64,000 nt of DNA from positions 124,001 through 188,000 of the forward strand of contig RDEW01000052.1 in the NCBI GenBank assembly GCA_011109175.1. Direction: 5' to 3'. The notes beneath the pieces are model-generated. The model worked only from the letters and a program-made list of their open reading frames with translations, was not told the DNA's origin and did not search any database. This DNA is from Dicyema japonicum. Taxonomy: Eukaryota; Animalia; Dicyemida. Positions 49,421-62,049 of the stretch are shown one piece after another; positions within the stretch are counted from its first letter, which is position 1, and every line of letters begins with the position of its first letter. The position numbers and the translations under genes are program-made.

Positions 49421-50350
49421 CTGGGGCTCTCAAACTCAAATCAATGCATGGGCCTTTTTTTAGATTAATTAATTTTTTAACTTTTAAATTTACAAAAGAA
49501 AGGTTAATTTTTTAGTAAATCTTACAACAATTTATTAATAATATTCTTAGATTTTCGACAACGCCCATGTGATAGCAGTGATTTGATGCCTGACTTGTAT
49601 GTTCTTCTAAGTTGCACCTTAATACAAACTGTAAATGTAATCCGTTAGTCTTGATGGAAGAGGATTTATTTGATTTTTGAAAAAAAATTCTTCGCATACG
49701 TAAGTACTTCTAAACATAGAATCGTAAAGATAAGGCATGTTGTTGAGGAATACATGGAAGAAATTCTGGAATTTCAATTCCAGCATGCTTTTCTTAGAAT
49801 GGGGTTTCATTTGAAGTTCTGCTATCGCCACTTAAAATTCATTAGCAATGAGTTCATGATTTATTGACATTGGAGTAATAATTGTGTAAATTGATCTCCT
49901 ATTATCAAAAAATATTGTAATTTGCAATGATCTGTGAGGAATGCAAGGTTGTTTATAAAAGTTAGTTCAGAGAGCTCAGGATTGTCTTTCATTACCAAAA
50001 ACAAATTAATTTCTCGTCTCAAAGCAAAAAATATTTTCAGTACATTTTCTCGAATCAACCATCTCACTTTATTACAACAATTCTTCAGATTCACTATTCA
50101 TAATTGACAAGAAAGAATTTGCCTATGTTTCAGAGATCTTCCACCGATAAAGTTACACATTTAACGACACATTTATAAAATCATTAATAATTTATTCAAG
50201 TCCGATTTAATAAAAAGGATTTTAGTTTTTGTTCTTTTTCGTATTGCAATTGTCCACATGAAAGTCATAGTCTTCATTATGGTTACCTCGTAAGGCCTTT
50301 TATTTTATACTCTTTTCTTGATCCAGTTGTATTCATACAGTTCATGCATT
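49421..50350 (-). mobile_element. hAT transposase relic (GTF2IRD2/EPM2AIP1/SPIN-like), copy B
   Basis: VRWLIRENVLKIFFALRREINLFL..PEL..LAFLTD; MFRSTYVCEEFF; RLTD dimerisation-region motifs. Confidence 0.75.
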
Positions 50351-50419
50351 GAAATTTTTGATTCAAATCTATAATAAATTAAAAATTTAAAATTCACGTG
50401 TGGTCTTTGGTCTTGTGCG

Positions 50420-51545
50420 TAATTGTATCATCATGGAGCGTTGTTCATACAATGGAGCAACACACATTACACCCAAAAGACTGGACACTACATGCTCTAC
50501 ATGCGGTTTTGGCAATGCACGCAAATATGGACTTTTCTGCTCGTCTCGCCGTTAATTTTTCCACCTCGGATGCATAAAGATGTCTCAGCGGGCTGCGTGC
50601 TCGCTCTGCCTGTGGAACTGCAGTGTCTGCATGGGAACTGGTTTGAAAACCCAGAGGATCATTCCAAACAAGCACGTTGAACCAACGAGCCTCTAGACTT
50701 CAATGATATGGACAACTTTCTTGTCAGATCTAAGGAAAGCCAGAAAGATTCCAATCAGGTTCCCAAGATCCGTCCGAATCCCCGCGGCTACATGCCTGGC
50801 CTCTGCAATTGACGATGCTCTCACGTCCGACGACCTGGAGGACTGGCTAAAACTTCTCAGTTTTGCTTCGATGGCCCTTGGAATTTCATTTATCGACTCA
50901 AAGGGAGATCAATGGAATACAAATGAAAGCACGACACTTGGGAACTCCCTTTCTTCGAAAATGAAGACGAACATCCAGGATTTTTATGTGCTTTCTCTCA
51001 GCAAGACGGAAGTCAAGAAATCAAGACATTTTGATTCCTATCCTCCGGTTTATTTGAATGCCCCTGAAAAACTTAAAGAGAGACTGAACCGCAAACTATT
51101 TGATGGCGACGTCCGAGCGGCGTTGCGCGTCGTTGCAAGCGACGAAACTGTTATGGCTGCGACACCTGAGATGATAGAACTACTCAGACATAAACATCCA
51201 TGTGCTCTGGAAGATTACCGCCCATTCGTGCTTCCGGGAAATTTGTCAAGGATGACCGTCACCGAAGACGAAGTGCGACACGGCATTTCGTCGTTTGAGG
51301 CGAGTAGCAGTGGAGGTAGGTATCGATACAAGCAAACGAGCCCCGGAACTTATTCCACTTGTCTTCCTCGCTTACGGAACCAATTCATCACTGGTTTTCG
51401 GGGACAAGATTATCTGTTCGGAGACCGGAGTAAACAAGGGGACCCACTTGGTCCACTACTCTTCACTCTGGCCATCGATGAAATTGTCCGCTTTTTAAAC
51501 ACACAACTAAACTTTTGGTATTTCGATGACGCCACAAGAGGGCCT
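50420..51545 (+). mobile_element. PHD-CRE2 duplicate, internally deleted and truncated after YFDD
   Basis: Near-identical to 39560-40470, then jumps to the equivalent of about 40880-41095. Confidence 0.85.
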
Positions 51546-54500
51546 TGAAGATATAAAATTCGTTACCTTCTTACAAAGAACATAAGTAATATTTCGACTA
51601 TCGCCAAAAAATTACCACTCAGCAATGATACTGTGACTTGGACGGTGGAACTAATAATAGAAAATGTCTTCACAATATCAGAGTAACTATGTTTATAAAT
51701 TTGTAGTATGTCTATAGTTTCAAAGTTATCGTTCGGTCTTGACAGATGTGATGGCAAGAGGCCGGATGATGTAACTACTATGGAGCAAAAGGTGTCTTGC
51801 CTGGGATTCAACGTCTATAGACACTTTCTCTAATGGGAATTTACTCAAATTATCATTATGCGAGTGTTCCAAAGCGACGATGAGAAGGAGGCTGAATTAC
51901 CCCTACCATCATAAGTGAAGCTGGACACACCAGGAGGTTTGGGGAAAACTGATATCGATATAGGAATTATCGACAAAAAGGGTGCTGTTGAAGGGTGCTG
52001 TTTTCCTGAAGGGTCAAATTGAGGAAAGGAGAACCCAACCCATAGCTGTCCAAACTAAGCAGCCCGAAAGTGTGAATGGAGCAGGCAGGGTCAAAGAGGA
52101 GACGAACTGAGCACGTCAATTCACTGTAGCTAATAGACTATTATTGTTTCATTCTCTGGTAGACTTAAAGTTTTTTTTCGATTTAATGAATAAATGGAGA
52201 TCAGAGTATGATAGGTGTCCATTTATCTTGCACCATTGTGTTATTCTTCTGACGATAGCTATCGAGATACGGCCTCGAAGCATCCAGTCTCACGTGGATC
52301 ATTGGTGACACTTTGGATTATTGAGTCGATCCTACGAACTGCATCGTCAGCTTGTGGGCCAGGGATTCTGACGTCTCAACAGCAAATGGACAGACAAGTG
52401 ATCCTTCGTAATGCTTCGGTAGTTCCTTCTCTTCTAATCCTCGCTTGCTTAGAAGCATGACCTAGGTTCGAGAGTGAAGCGGTAATTATCTTTTAATATC
52501 TTAATTGTTAACGACGTCATGTGGTTCCTGACCATCTCTGGTGGCGCCTGATATTATCTTACTATCCAAAAAAACCATTAGCCAACAACCATTCAGAGGA
52601 GTTCTTCTTGGAAAACATGCACTAGGCCTTTGACTTCACTTCTGTCAAGTCCGAAAATGCGAAGACTGCTGAGATGGATGGGATCACCTGACTTTTTTCA
52701 TTCAGGATATGATGGTTTTTTTCTGGTTTAATAAAATTAAGATAAATAAATTTGTCATTTGTTAAAAAATTATGTGTCACTTCTAAGAACAATCTTTGAA
52801 AACACTGACATCTCATAAACATATTGCAGAAGATTTTTGTATGCTGATATACCTGTGTAGTAATGTACCAAGACAAACTTTTTTGACAAATATTATAATT
52901 CTTCTAAAACCAAATGCCGTGTCATTGTAATGTTGGTACTTATTTAGACACAGGACCCCACTTTCATGCATCAATTTATTTTAATTTTTCCCGGTGGAAT
53001 GAAGAGATAGATCCTTTTGAATACCAGCCATTGGGTGTCACCAGAGTACGACGCCACTAGAAGGAAGAACGAGAAATCATATAGCCAAATGGCACACGCA
53101 GTCATGGACTACTAAAGACACCTAACAAAAACTAGATCGCAATACAATCAAGTCAGGACAGAGAACTCAATTTGGCTAGATGTTCTTCCGTTGAGCCTAC
53201 ACAACGCATGTCGCGAACTTGCACGTCTAACAAATTTACCCCGATCTTTTCCCCCAACTGATAAATCGTCACTGCTCACAGATTGAATTAAAACATATTA
53301 AGAATATTTAAAAACCATTGGAATTTACAAATTGTATTAATTGAGAAATAAAAAATATATAAAATTAATTAATTAAATTAGGGTGCTGATATGCGTCTGG
53401 TGCAATTTTTAAAAGGAACCTTGGAAAAAATAAAAAATAGTAAAGGAAATGAAGGCGGACTTTAACATCTTAAGACGAGAAAGAGATCGGTTAACGAAAA
53501 TAGCTATAAATTTTACTTCTGACGATGAAGGAACTTACTATAGGAGAAAGACTACAAGCTGCGATTTTTTTGTGATGAAGATATTGAGTTGAAACTGAAA
53601 TCCATTAAAGTAATTAAATCGTTTAGATTATTTTTAGGCTGAGCACAATTTATATCATTACGTGGTACATTCGACGATTATATTAAGTTATCGCTTAGTC
53701 AGCTTAAAAATTTAATTTATTTATTTTTATTTTATTAAACCAAAAAATACCGTCATATCCAAAATAACAAAATACTGATTCAGTAAAATTGTAAATTGAA
53801 GCATTTCCATGCTGAATGCACAATAAATACTCAGGTCGTAAGGAGACTGCTTAATAAGGCGGAATTAACCGTCTTTTAAACCTAGCATAAACCAAAGTTT
53901 CCAAAGCTTAAAGAAAAGTTAATAGTGGATGAGGGTTTTTCGCAACCACCCTCAGATCATCCTAACTGGTTGAGGTGGTGACGTGCCTCTCTTGCACAAG
54001 ATGTCTTCTTGATTCACTCAATCTTCCCTGTTCTCTATTGGATCATTCAATGTGAGAGGACTCACATCATGCGTAAAAAACAACACTTTTGTGCGGAGTA
54101 ATCAACAGTGGATATTTATGTTTGTTTGAATATTGAATAAACGTTTGATTCAAGACGGTTGTTGTCTGTGATCGACTTGAAAATGTTATATTGCGACAAT
54201 CTATCAGTTAAAATTATGAAGACTTCTACAATTCAGAAAAGCCGATATATCCACTGTCATTCAAAAAAGTGGATATTGTATTTTTACAGTTCAACAACTC
54301 GGAGTCATTGGGTCGAAATTCTTCTTTCTTCTGAATTAGAGTAACACTGAAAGATATTCCAAAACTCGAAGATTCTCTATCCGTAAACGAATATATTATT
54401 TTTATGATTTAAAAGCCTTTGTCTTTTTAGTGCTTTGAAGCATGAGAAAATCTGATATCTTCAGATTTAAAATATTTTTCATTTTCGAAAAATACTTTTG

Positions 54501-55751
54501 ACCACGTGCTTTATTGTTGTTTGTAGAATATGGCTCTTAAGACCATTGAAAATTGAATAATGAGTAGTGGTTTTTCTCTCTGAAGAAAAAGAAGATCGTT
54601 TTGCTTATGGAAAAACTGCGGAAATCGACCGTAAAGTTTGTGCTCAGTTTGTAAACCAAAACCAAACTGCTTATGGTCATTGTCCTCCTCCAATGGAGTT
54701 ATTCACAGCTCTACATTGTCAGCGAAATGTATCATCTCCAACTTTGAATTGTCTAACTTTAATTTCCAATTAATTCAACCTTCACCCCAATACTTTAAGC
54801 TAACCTCTGACCAATGACAATATTTTAACCTCTGCGACAGCAATTCAAAAATCCCTGACAGATGAAGTCAGGATCTAATCTCGCTGCCATTTCGGTTAAA
54901 AGTTCCACCACGGTGGGGCGCATAGGACAGCAAAATACTGGGGTGTAAACCTCCTTGGATAAGCGGTTCAGAATATCTGCTCCGAGGAATCAAAGAGACT
55001 GCATGTGGAACCGGTCTAATTTACAAATAATAGAAAATTCTTTTGCTTGCCCAATAGTCTGGCCTCTATGTGAAACCAGGGGTGATGATTTGACCCTCTT
55101 TTACAGAATTTTGGGGGCTCTCTTGAAAGCTAGTATATTCATGTTCAAAGAAACTCCGATAAACCTGAAACGATAACTTTTAAATACAGCAATGATACTG
55201 ACCTCTCCAAGTCATAAATCTAAATTTTAGGTAGAGGTTTTTACATAAATAGTTATAGCAGCTCCACGAAGAGGTCAACCATAGTGTCACGCAAGAAGCA
55301 CGCTTTTCAAGATACGAGTCCAAAAGTTTATCAGCAACACGTTTCAGTACAAACTTTTCCACGTGACTTTTGGTATAAAAAGTTACATTTTTCTGATTTT
55401 TATTAGAACTCTTCCTCTTTTCGAAGGAGATAATTGTGTGGGTAATCTAGACTCTTTCAATCCCCTTGTTTTCAACTATTCAGTCTATCTACCACATTTG
55501 GTTAAACGACCACAACCATCATCTATTCCAGATTTATAGCGAGATCTCTGTACTGTTAGGGATATAAATGACTGCAGACAACAGAGACCACAAACGTGTT
55601 CATTTGTAGACTTTAAACTTCCAAAACTTGCCTTATCTAAGTTTCTTGGTGATCCTCGAATAGGAGTTAGTAAGTTGGAGACTGAGACACCAGAAGAGGT
55701 AGAGAAATCAAGATATGTTAGTGAAGTTAAGGTTAGAGAGTTAGTCCAGAA

Positions 55752-56293
55752 TTAACTGAGATGTCTATCGAGGTACATCCGCTTCAGTTTCGCATCTTCC
55801 GCACATAGTGATGTATGTGCCCAACTCGGAGATATTCTCAATTTGTTCCTTGATGAATTCAGCAATGAAATTTCAAACTACAAATCAGCCCAAAGTAAAC
55901 GTCCAAATCATTGCTATTCTTCGCCAAAGTCGACATGTTATAAATCTAAGCGATAATCAAGGCTTCGTGAATATTAAGTGAATTGGATTGAACCCCCTTA
56001 AGTATCTGTAATCAAACTGACTTCAATCATTTTTAGTGAGACAGTTCCACTTCTTCTGATTTGGTAGTTCATGAATCGTTTAGCATGCTCCAACTCCTCC
56101 ACGGATTTCTTTTCAAAGTACTTTTCGGCTTCCCGGGTAGCTCAAGGTGACTAAGCTGAAGTAATCTACATTTCATTATTCAACCAAATTCATGTATAAG
56201 TAGAAAGCAGTCAGTTCATTTTTGATTTGATTGTTTTTGGAACTCTCAATGTCCCCAGTGAACTCATATTTCCCCAACAATCGGATTACTCAT
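55752..56293 (-). pseudogene. FTH: Ferritin unprocessed pseudogene, copy B
   Basis: Colinear with copy A; EFIKEQIENISELGTYITMC; shares some lesions with A and has its own. Confidence 0.8.
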
Positions 56294-56569
56294 TGTTAAT
56301 GCTCGATTATTGCCAAAAAACGAACAAATTCTAATTCTAAATTTACCGTATTTAACCACCCATATAATTGACAAATATTCATTAATATTATCGACATTGA
56401 GTTTAAATCAAGTTGAGAAGAAAAGATCGAACATTCATGAGGACATTCCTCCAATCTGTAAATGTCGGGGTCACATAATTAATTTTTACTAGCACTGTCT
56501 TTCCTGGCGTTCCTGTGGTTAATAAATGAATTCCAGTGTCTAGTTCATGAGAGTAATGTGAGAGTCATT

Positions 56570-59249
56570 GCAAGACTTCGTTTTGTAAAACGACCGGGAA
56601 GGTAGTTCCCAGTCTTCCACGAAAGCGTTTTACATTGGAGGAGTAGTAATCTTCCATTGCGATAATCGGAAGGGATATCGGGTCCAACCTCAGGACGTTT
56701 TCAAAAAGTCTCCAACGATAGCTAATGATCTCGTGGCTTATTGGTATACAGTCAAACTTATTGTACAGTTCATTCCGCGAGTTCTTGGATGGCCAGGACA
56801 TTCCAGTTATGTTTCTTAGATGATTCCTGTGAAATGAGTCTAGCCTTTCCAATTCCTCTGTAGAGGTGCCCCAGGTCCCAGAGTTGTATAGTAGAATTAG
56901 TTTGATGAAAGTGTCGTATAACATAATCCTTTGTTTCATGTTATATCCTTTCCGTTTTATCCGAAAATTTTTAAGCCTTTGTAATGCCGCATTTGCCAAT
57001 GTTTCTCTCCGCATGATGTCTTCGCTATCTCCTAGTAGAGAGCATAGTTTCTTTATGTGTCTCCATTTTTCTTCGAGTGAGTTGTTCATTTGTCTTATCT
57101 CTGTTCGTTCTGTATTTTCCCTGTTTACGGTGAGAAACCATTTCTCAAGTATATCTGGTGCTTTTTCGAGAACATGCTCCAGTAGTGTACTGTCTTCAGA
57201 AATTAGGTCGACATCATCAGCATAAATCACTTCTTCTATTTTTCGTTGATATAATGGTCTCAGTTCCCTCATAGCGGCCTCCAAGTATATTGTGAATAGT
57301 AGGGGAGAGAGGGAGTCTCTTTGAGGAGTACCTGTGTTTGTTTCAAATTTTCTTGAGTAGGTTTTTCCAACTCTCACAAGGAGTTCTGTGTTAGATAAAA
57401 GATTTGAATTATTCTTAGACTCGATTCGTCAATAAACCCTTCCAGCACTGTCATAAATTTTTTCATGTTAACAGAATCAAAGGCTTTTGATAATCTATTC
57501 CAGAATGTGGATGGCATTCAATATCTTTGATGTGTTGCACATCTCCATCTGTGACTCCAGACTGTATCAGCTGTTGATCTTCCTTCTCTGAACCCACTTT
57601 GACTTTTGGGTATTCATAGGCGCTTCATTTTATTCGATCCAATACAATGTTAGCTAAGACATTCCGTAGATAATTTGATAATAAATAGGTCGTAAGTTTT
57701 AATAGGTCCTTTGGGTTTATTGAGTTTTTGTATAGGTATTAGTAATCCCGTTCTCAGGGCAAGGTTGAGTTAGTTGAAAGTAGTGTAGCGATTTTTTCAA
57801 AAAACGGGTCAGGGCCGTATTTCAGTAATTCTGGGTTTATCGTATCTTGTCCAGGGCTTCTGTTATTTTTTAGTTTATGACATGCTGTTTTTACTTCCAA
57901 AATTGAAATTGGTTCTTTTGATTGTCTAGGCTTTTCTTTGCATGAGAGGATTGCTGTAGTCACATTAAAAAGTTCATCAAAATGTGTTGCAATTACCAGC
58001 GCTTGCTCTTCAGTATTCAGTAATGTCATGCCATTTTTGTCTTTGATGATTATTCGTTTTTCCGGTTTGTGTGTGTAGTAAACGAACGGCCATATACATT
58101 TGTGAATTATCCTTTAGTTTGGATACTTCATTGATTTTGCCAAGTTCTTAGTGGAGTGTCTTGTTCAGTTTCCTGATTTTTCAACGGATTTGGTCCCTCT
58201 GCCCCTGAAGGACTTTTCTCTTGTTATAGTCTTTTTCGTTTAGTTTTTTTGTATGGATTTCTTTTAACTCCTTTGCCTACTCCTTTACTAGTTCTATATA
58301 TGTCGTCCGACCTTTACTGGCCATCTCCTGCGTGCCGAGGTACTGGCTTGCTGCTTCATTTATTATACACTTTGTGTGATCCCACGAAATTCCTACTGTT
58401 TGGTCCTTCAGATAAGAGTAGATGTGTTTTTGGTAATTTTTGACTGTGTCTGGATGAGAGATCAGTTTTCCCGTTGCGTATCCATTTCTTGTATTCTCAT
58501 TATTATTGTTTGTAATGTTATTATGTTTCTTATGTTTGATACCATGTTTCGCCAAACTGAAGGTGACAATAACCATTCTGTGATCGCTGATAGTTGTTGA
58601 ACCTTTGTATGAGCAGAAATGGCCAAGTATGGTCCCAGGCAAGTTTCTTTTCCCACGTCCGTGTTTTCCATGAAGGTATCTTCTGAGTTCTTTTTGTTAC
58701 AATTTTCGCATTTAGATCGTCAGCAATGAATATAAGTGAGGACGACTCATATTCATTATACGTCTTTGATAATGCTGAGTAGAATTCATCCAGTTCGGTC
58801 GGGTTTTTTGCCACTCTTCCACAGTGTGGTGCATATACATTTATAATCGTTAGTGTATTTTTAGGGGAACATTGATTGTTCAGGTGGATCTGTATTACGC
58901 AGATCCTGTCATTCACCGCCAAATACGACTGATGTCAGATGATAGTTTTATGTGAATGGCGAATCCAAGACCATAGTGTTTGAGTCACTGGGTAGACATA
59001 TTAGACGATATCTTCCGTGGTTTTCTTTGAGATAGTACGTAGTTTTCGTCTCTTGAATACAGCCAATAGAAACGTTATATCTTTCTAGGTCATCACAGAG
59101 AGTATTTCTTGACTAAGGCTTAGATATTCCTCTAGCATTGAATGTAAGAAACTTTAGGGCAAGCATATTCTTTTGTATCTTCTGCTTTCTAGACATTTTT
59201 TTATCCGTTGTACAGAGAAGAAACGAGGCACGTCACCACGTCACCAAAA
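56570..59249 (-). mobile_element. RTE duplicate (3' end lost by deletion)
   Basis: 270-aa ORF 56565..57377 with PQRDSLSP and IYADD. Same 5' junction and TSD (59250-59258) as copy A. Confidence 0.9.
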
Positions 59250-59589
59250 TACTGTGTAGATTTTTAAATTTAGACAATTTAGTTTTATTTTTTAAGTGAC
59301 GATTTATCAGACTGTGACATTTTAAATAAAGAATTTGATTTTTAATAACAAAAACTACATCTATTTGACTGATTAGTTAGTTATTTAAGTGACCTCATGT
59401 TGTTCTTAAAAGGATTCCGATTTGTCTGTGGGCCACGTAGTCTTTTATTATCACTCAGTCTTTGGATGCTTCTCGTAGAAACAGTATTGTGTATCTGTTT
59501 TAGACGACTCCGGTCATTGGGGCTGGAAGGGGTTGATGATAGCATTCGAGACAGGTCACTGGTTGTCATAATAATTTTCTTAAGTAAAT

Positions 59590-61421
59590 AGTTTATTCTT
59601 GGATGGACAAGCAGTTTCTCAATAGGAAGAGGGCAATATGGTTGTCAACATGCCGCAAACGGGTCTCAAAAGTACCGAGCTCTATTGTCCTTTCTTTAAA
59701 CACGTCCACAATTTGGTCTTCGAATATAGGAGAACCGAGGAACAGAGACTCCCCAACTGGAACCGATGCATAATTTTCGAGAGTGTATTTAAACTGGTCA
59801 TTGTAGAAAGTAGTCAGATCGGGACTCAAATTGATCTTGATTAATTCACATTTGGCCTTTTTGACAGAAAGGCCAATCGCTTCGAATTCAGATATCAAAC
59901 GACGCACGTCCTCCAAAACTGTATCTGGATGTCCACCAATGATTCCGTCATCCAAATACCATAAATTTAGAGGTGATTTTAAGCATGCGGCTACTCCATG
60001 GATCCCCAAAGCAAAGAGAAGAGGTCCAAGTGGGTCGCCTTGTTAAACACCAATTCGTGATTTAATGATGGCATCGTGGAAAACCAATGATGATGGATTA
60101 GAATATGAAAGGCGAACAATCTCCCAAATATGTGGTAAATTTTTTTTGCATAACTCCAATAAATGATCTCTCCTTATGGAATTAAATGCGTTCTTAAGAT
60201 CTACTTTGCAGACAACAACGTCCTCTTTGCATTCGGACGACGACGTGAAAAAACTCCTCACTGCGTGGACACAAGCCTCTGCACCGCCACGAACTCCAAC
60301 GCCCATCTGTATAGGACTGAAAATAGGAAGTAATCTTTGAACCCCAGAAAAGCAAGCGACTTTAGCTGCAAGTCTCCTGAACACGTTTCCAATAGCAATC
60401 GGTCTGACACCGCCGTCAGGCTTTCGGAGAGCAACAAGATTAGCAGAAAATAACATATCTCGACCGAAAGGAGACAAACATCCAGAAAGAATTTTGTTGA
60501 TCAGTTCGCAAATAACATTCGAAAGATCCTTTCCGACAGATCCCATCATTGGAGCTGTGAGATCACGTAGGTGACCGGGTCTCAAGCCATCAATACCACC
60601 TCCACTACTAGGACGAAATGAACGCAGGGAGGTGATTATATCTTCGTTAGAGGCGAGCAATTGTTCCTCGTGGAAAGGTTTTATAGTTCTCAAGTCTTCG
60701 GGGGATCCGGGGTGTTTTTCTCGTAAAGACATGAGCGTTTCAGGGGTGTTTTTAAGTGTCCCAGGATCACAAACTAATAGCCGTACAGCACCGCGAATAT
60801 CGCCTTCCATAAGTTTCATCCTGATTAGTTTCTTTATTAAGCGAAGTTCCTCCGTTTTCGGACGCTTTGAACTCCGGGGTGCAATTTGAGTTGATTTTAA
60901 AGCAGTAAGTGACATTTTATGTTCATTTAGAAACAGTCTAACTCTCTTTTTGATATTCGTTGCGAGAGAAGTGGATGCTTCCGTTGGTCTTCTGATCCCA
61001 AGAGTGAGTGACGGGAAAAGGAAAAATTTGACCCATTCCGAAGAGACGGCGTCAGGCTTCAAAACATCCTTGATGGTGGAGATCAAGGCTTCGGCAACAG
61101 CAGTTCTCGCACCTTTGGGATCTTCACAGGAATGGTCACGTCCGAGCGCGTCCGAGAGACCAGTTTCAAAGCTTCATCAGGATCTGCAACAAGAGTAGAG
61201 TCAAACGGTTCAATGCAAGCAGCGTGACCATTAGGAAACCCCGAACCAATTCCAAGGCACGAGCGGCAGTGCCATACCCCAAGAGCACGGATAGAGGCCT
61301 GAGAGAGCTTCAAACACCCGATGTGGAAGAACACTCCACAGGCAGAACAAGAAATTCCAAACTTTCTCAAATTGCTCATGTTGCAGGCAGAGCAATTAGA
61401 CGATGACTTTTCGAGTAACAT
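59590..61421 (-). mobile_element. PHD-CRE3: third PHD-bearing CRE family, intact 5' end, 3' half missing
   Basis: ATG at 61421; CSAC..CSAC..FHIGC..WHCRSC; GGVRPIAIGNVFRRL; QGDPLGP; WYLDD. Confidence 0.92.
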
Positions 61422-61435
61422 TCCACTGAATCAAC

Positions 61436-61622
61436 AATAGGCGAAAATCAAGAATAGGGGAATAATCTCAATAGGCGTAAATCAAGAATAGGGGAATAAT
61501 CTCATTAGGCCTAAATCAAGAATAGGGGAATAATCTCAATAGGCGAAAATCAAGAATAGGAGAATAGTCTCAATAGGCAAAAATAGTCAATAAGAGAAAG
61601 TCAAAAATAGGAAAATAATCAC
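61436..61622. repeat. Tandem array of 34-bp units (4 good copies plus degenerate ones) in the 5'UTR of PHD-CRE3
   Basis: aataggcgaaaatcaagaataggggaataatctc starts at 61436, 61470, 61504 and 61538. Each unit is a dimer of 17-bp subunits. Confidence 0.9.
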
Positions 61623-62049
61623 AAAAATATTTTAAGTAACTATTTTAGTCTAGCCACTCCTACAGTCGATATTTCTTCTTTTGAATTTATTATCTAATAA
61701 ATTAAAAAATTTAAAAAAACCTTAACGTATTATTGGATAAAATATTAATATTTTTGCAGCGAGATAATATTGACAGTCAACTTTTCCAGTCGCAACCAAG
61801 GATTTGTTCCAATATCCTTTTTAACTCAAACTATTTACTATTGTTTTTAATTCATACTTTATCTCCCACACAAAAAATTATACTTACTATTATAGACATG
61901 GATTTCCTGTTCATGGCCTTGTAATAACTCGAATCTTATTCAATCGGTTTGATTTCGAAGTTGAATCTTGTCGTATTCGGTATTAAATCGTCTGACTGGG
62001 AATTATCTGCATATATATTTTAAACTGAATTACGTGTCAATTAGATTCT

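Larger units (their letters stand above)
42093..51540. repeat. Duplicate Z'-Y' of 31368-41100, without the RTE insertion
   Basis: Colinear copies of the LINE, ZYG-11-like gene, CRE fragment, APE, hAT and CRE2. The left end matches the RTE target flank at 28660-28725. Confidence 0.88.

Noticed and set aside
61436-61571. 34-bp repeats as a CRISPR array
   Set aside because: The units are directly adjacent with no unique spacers, there are no cas genes, and the context is eukaryotic.
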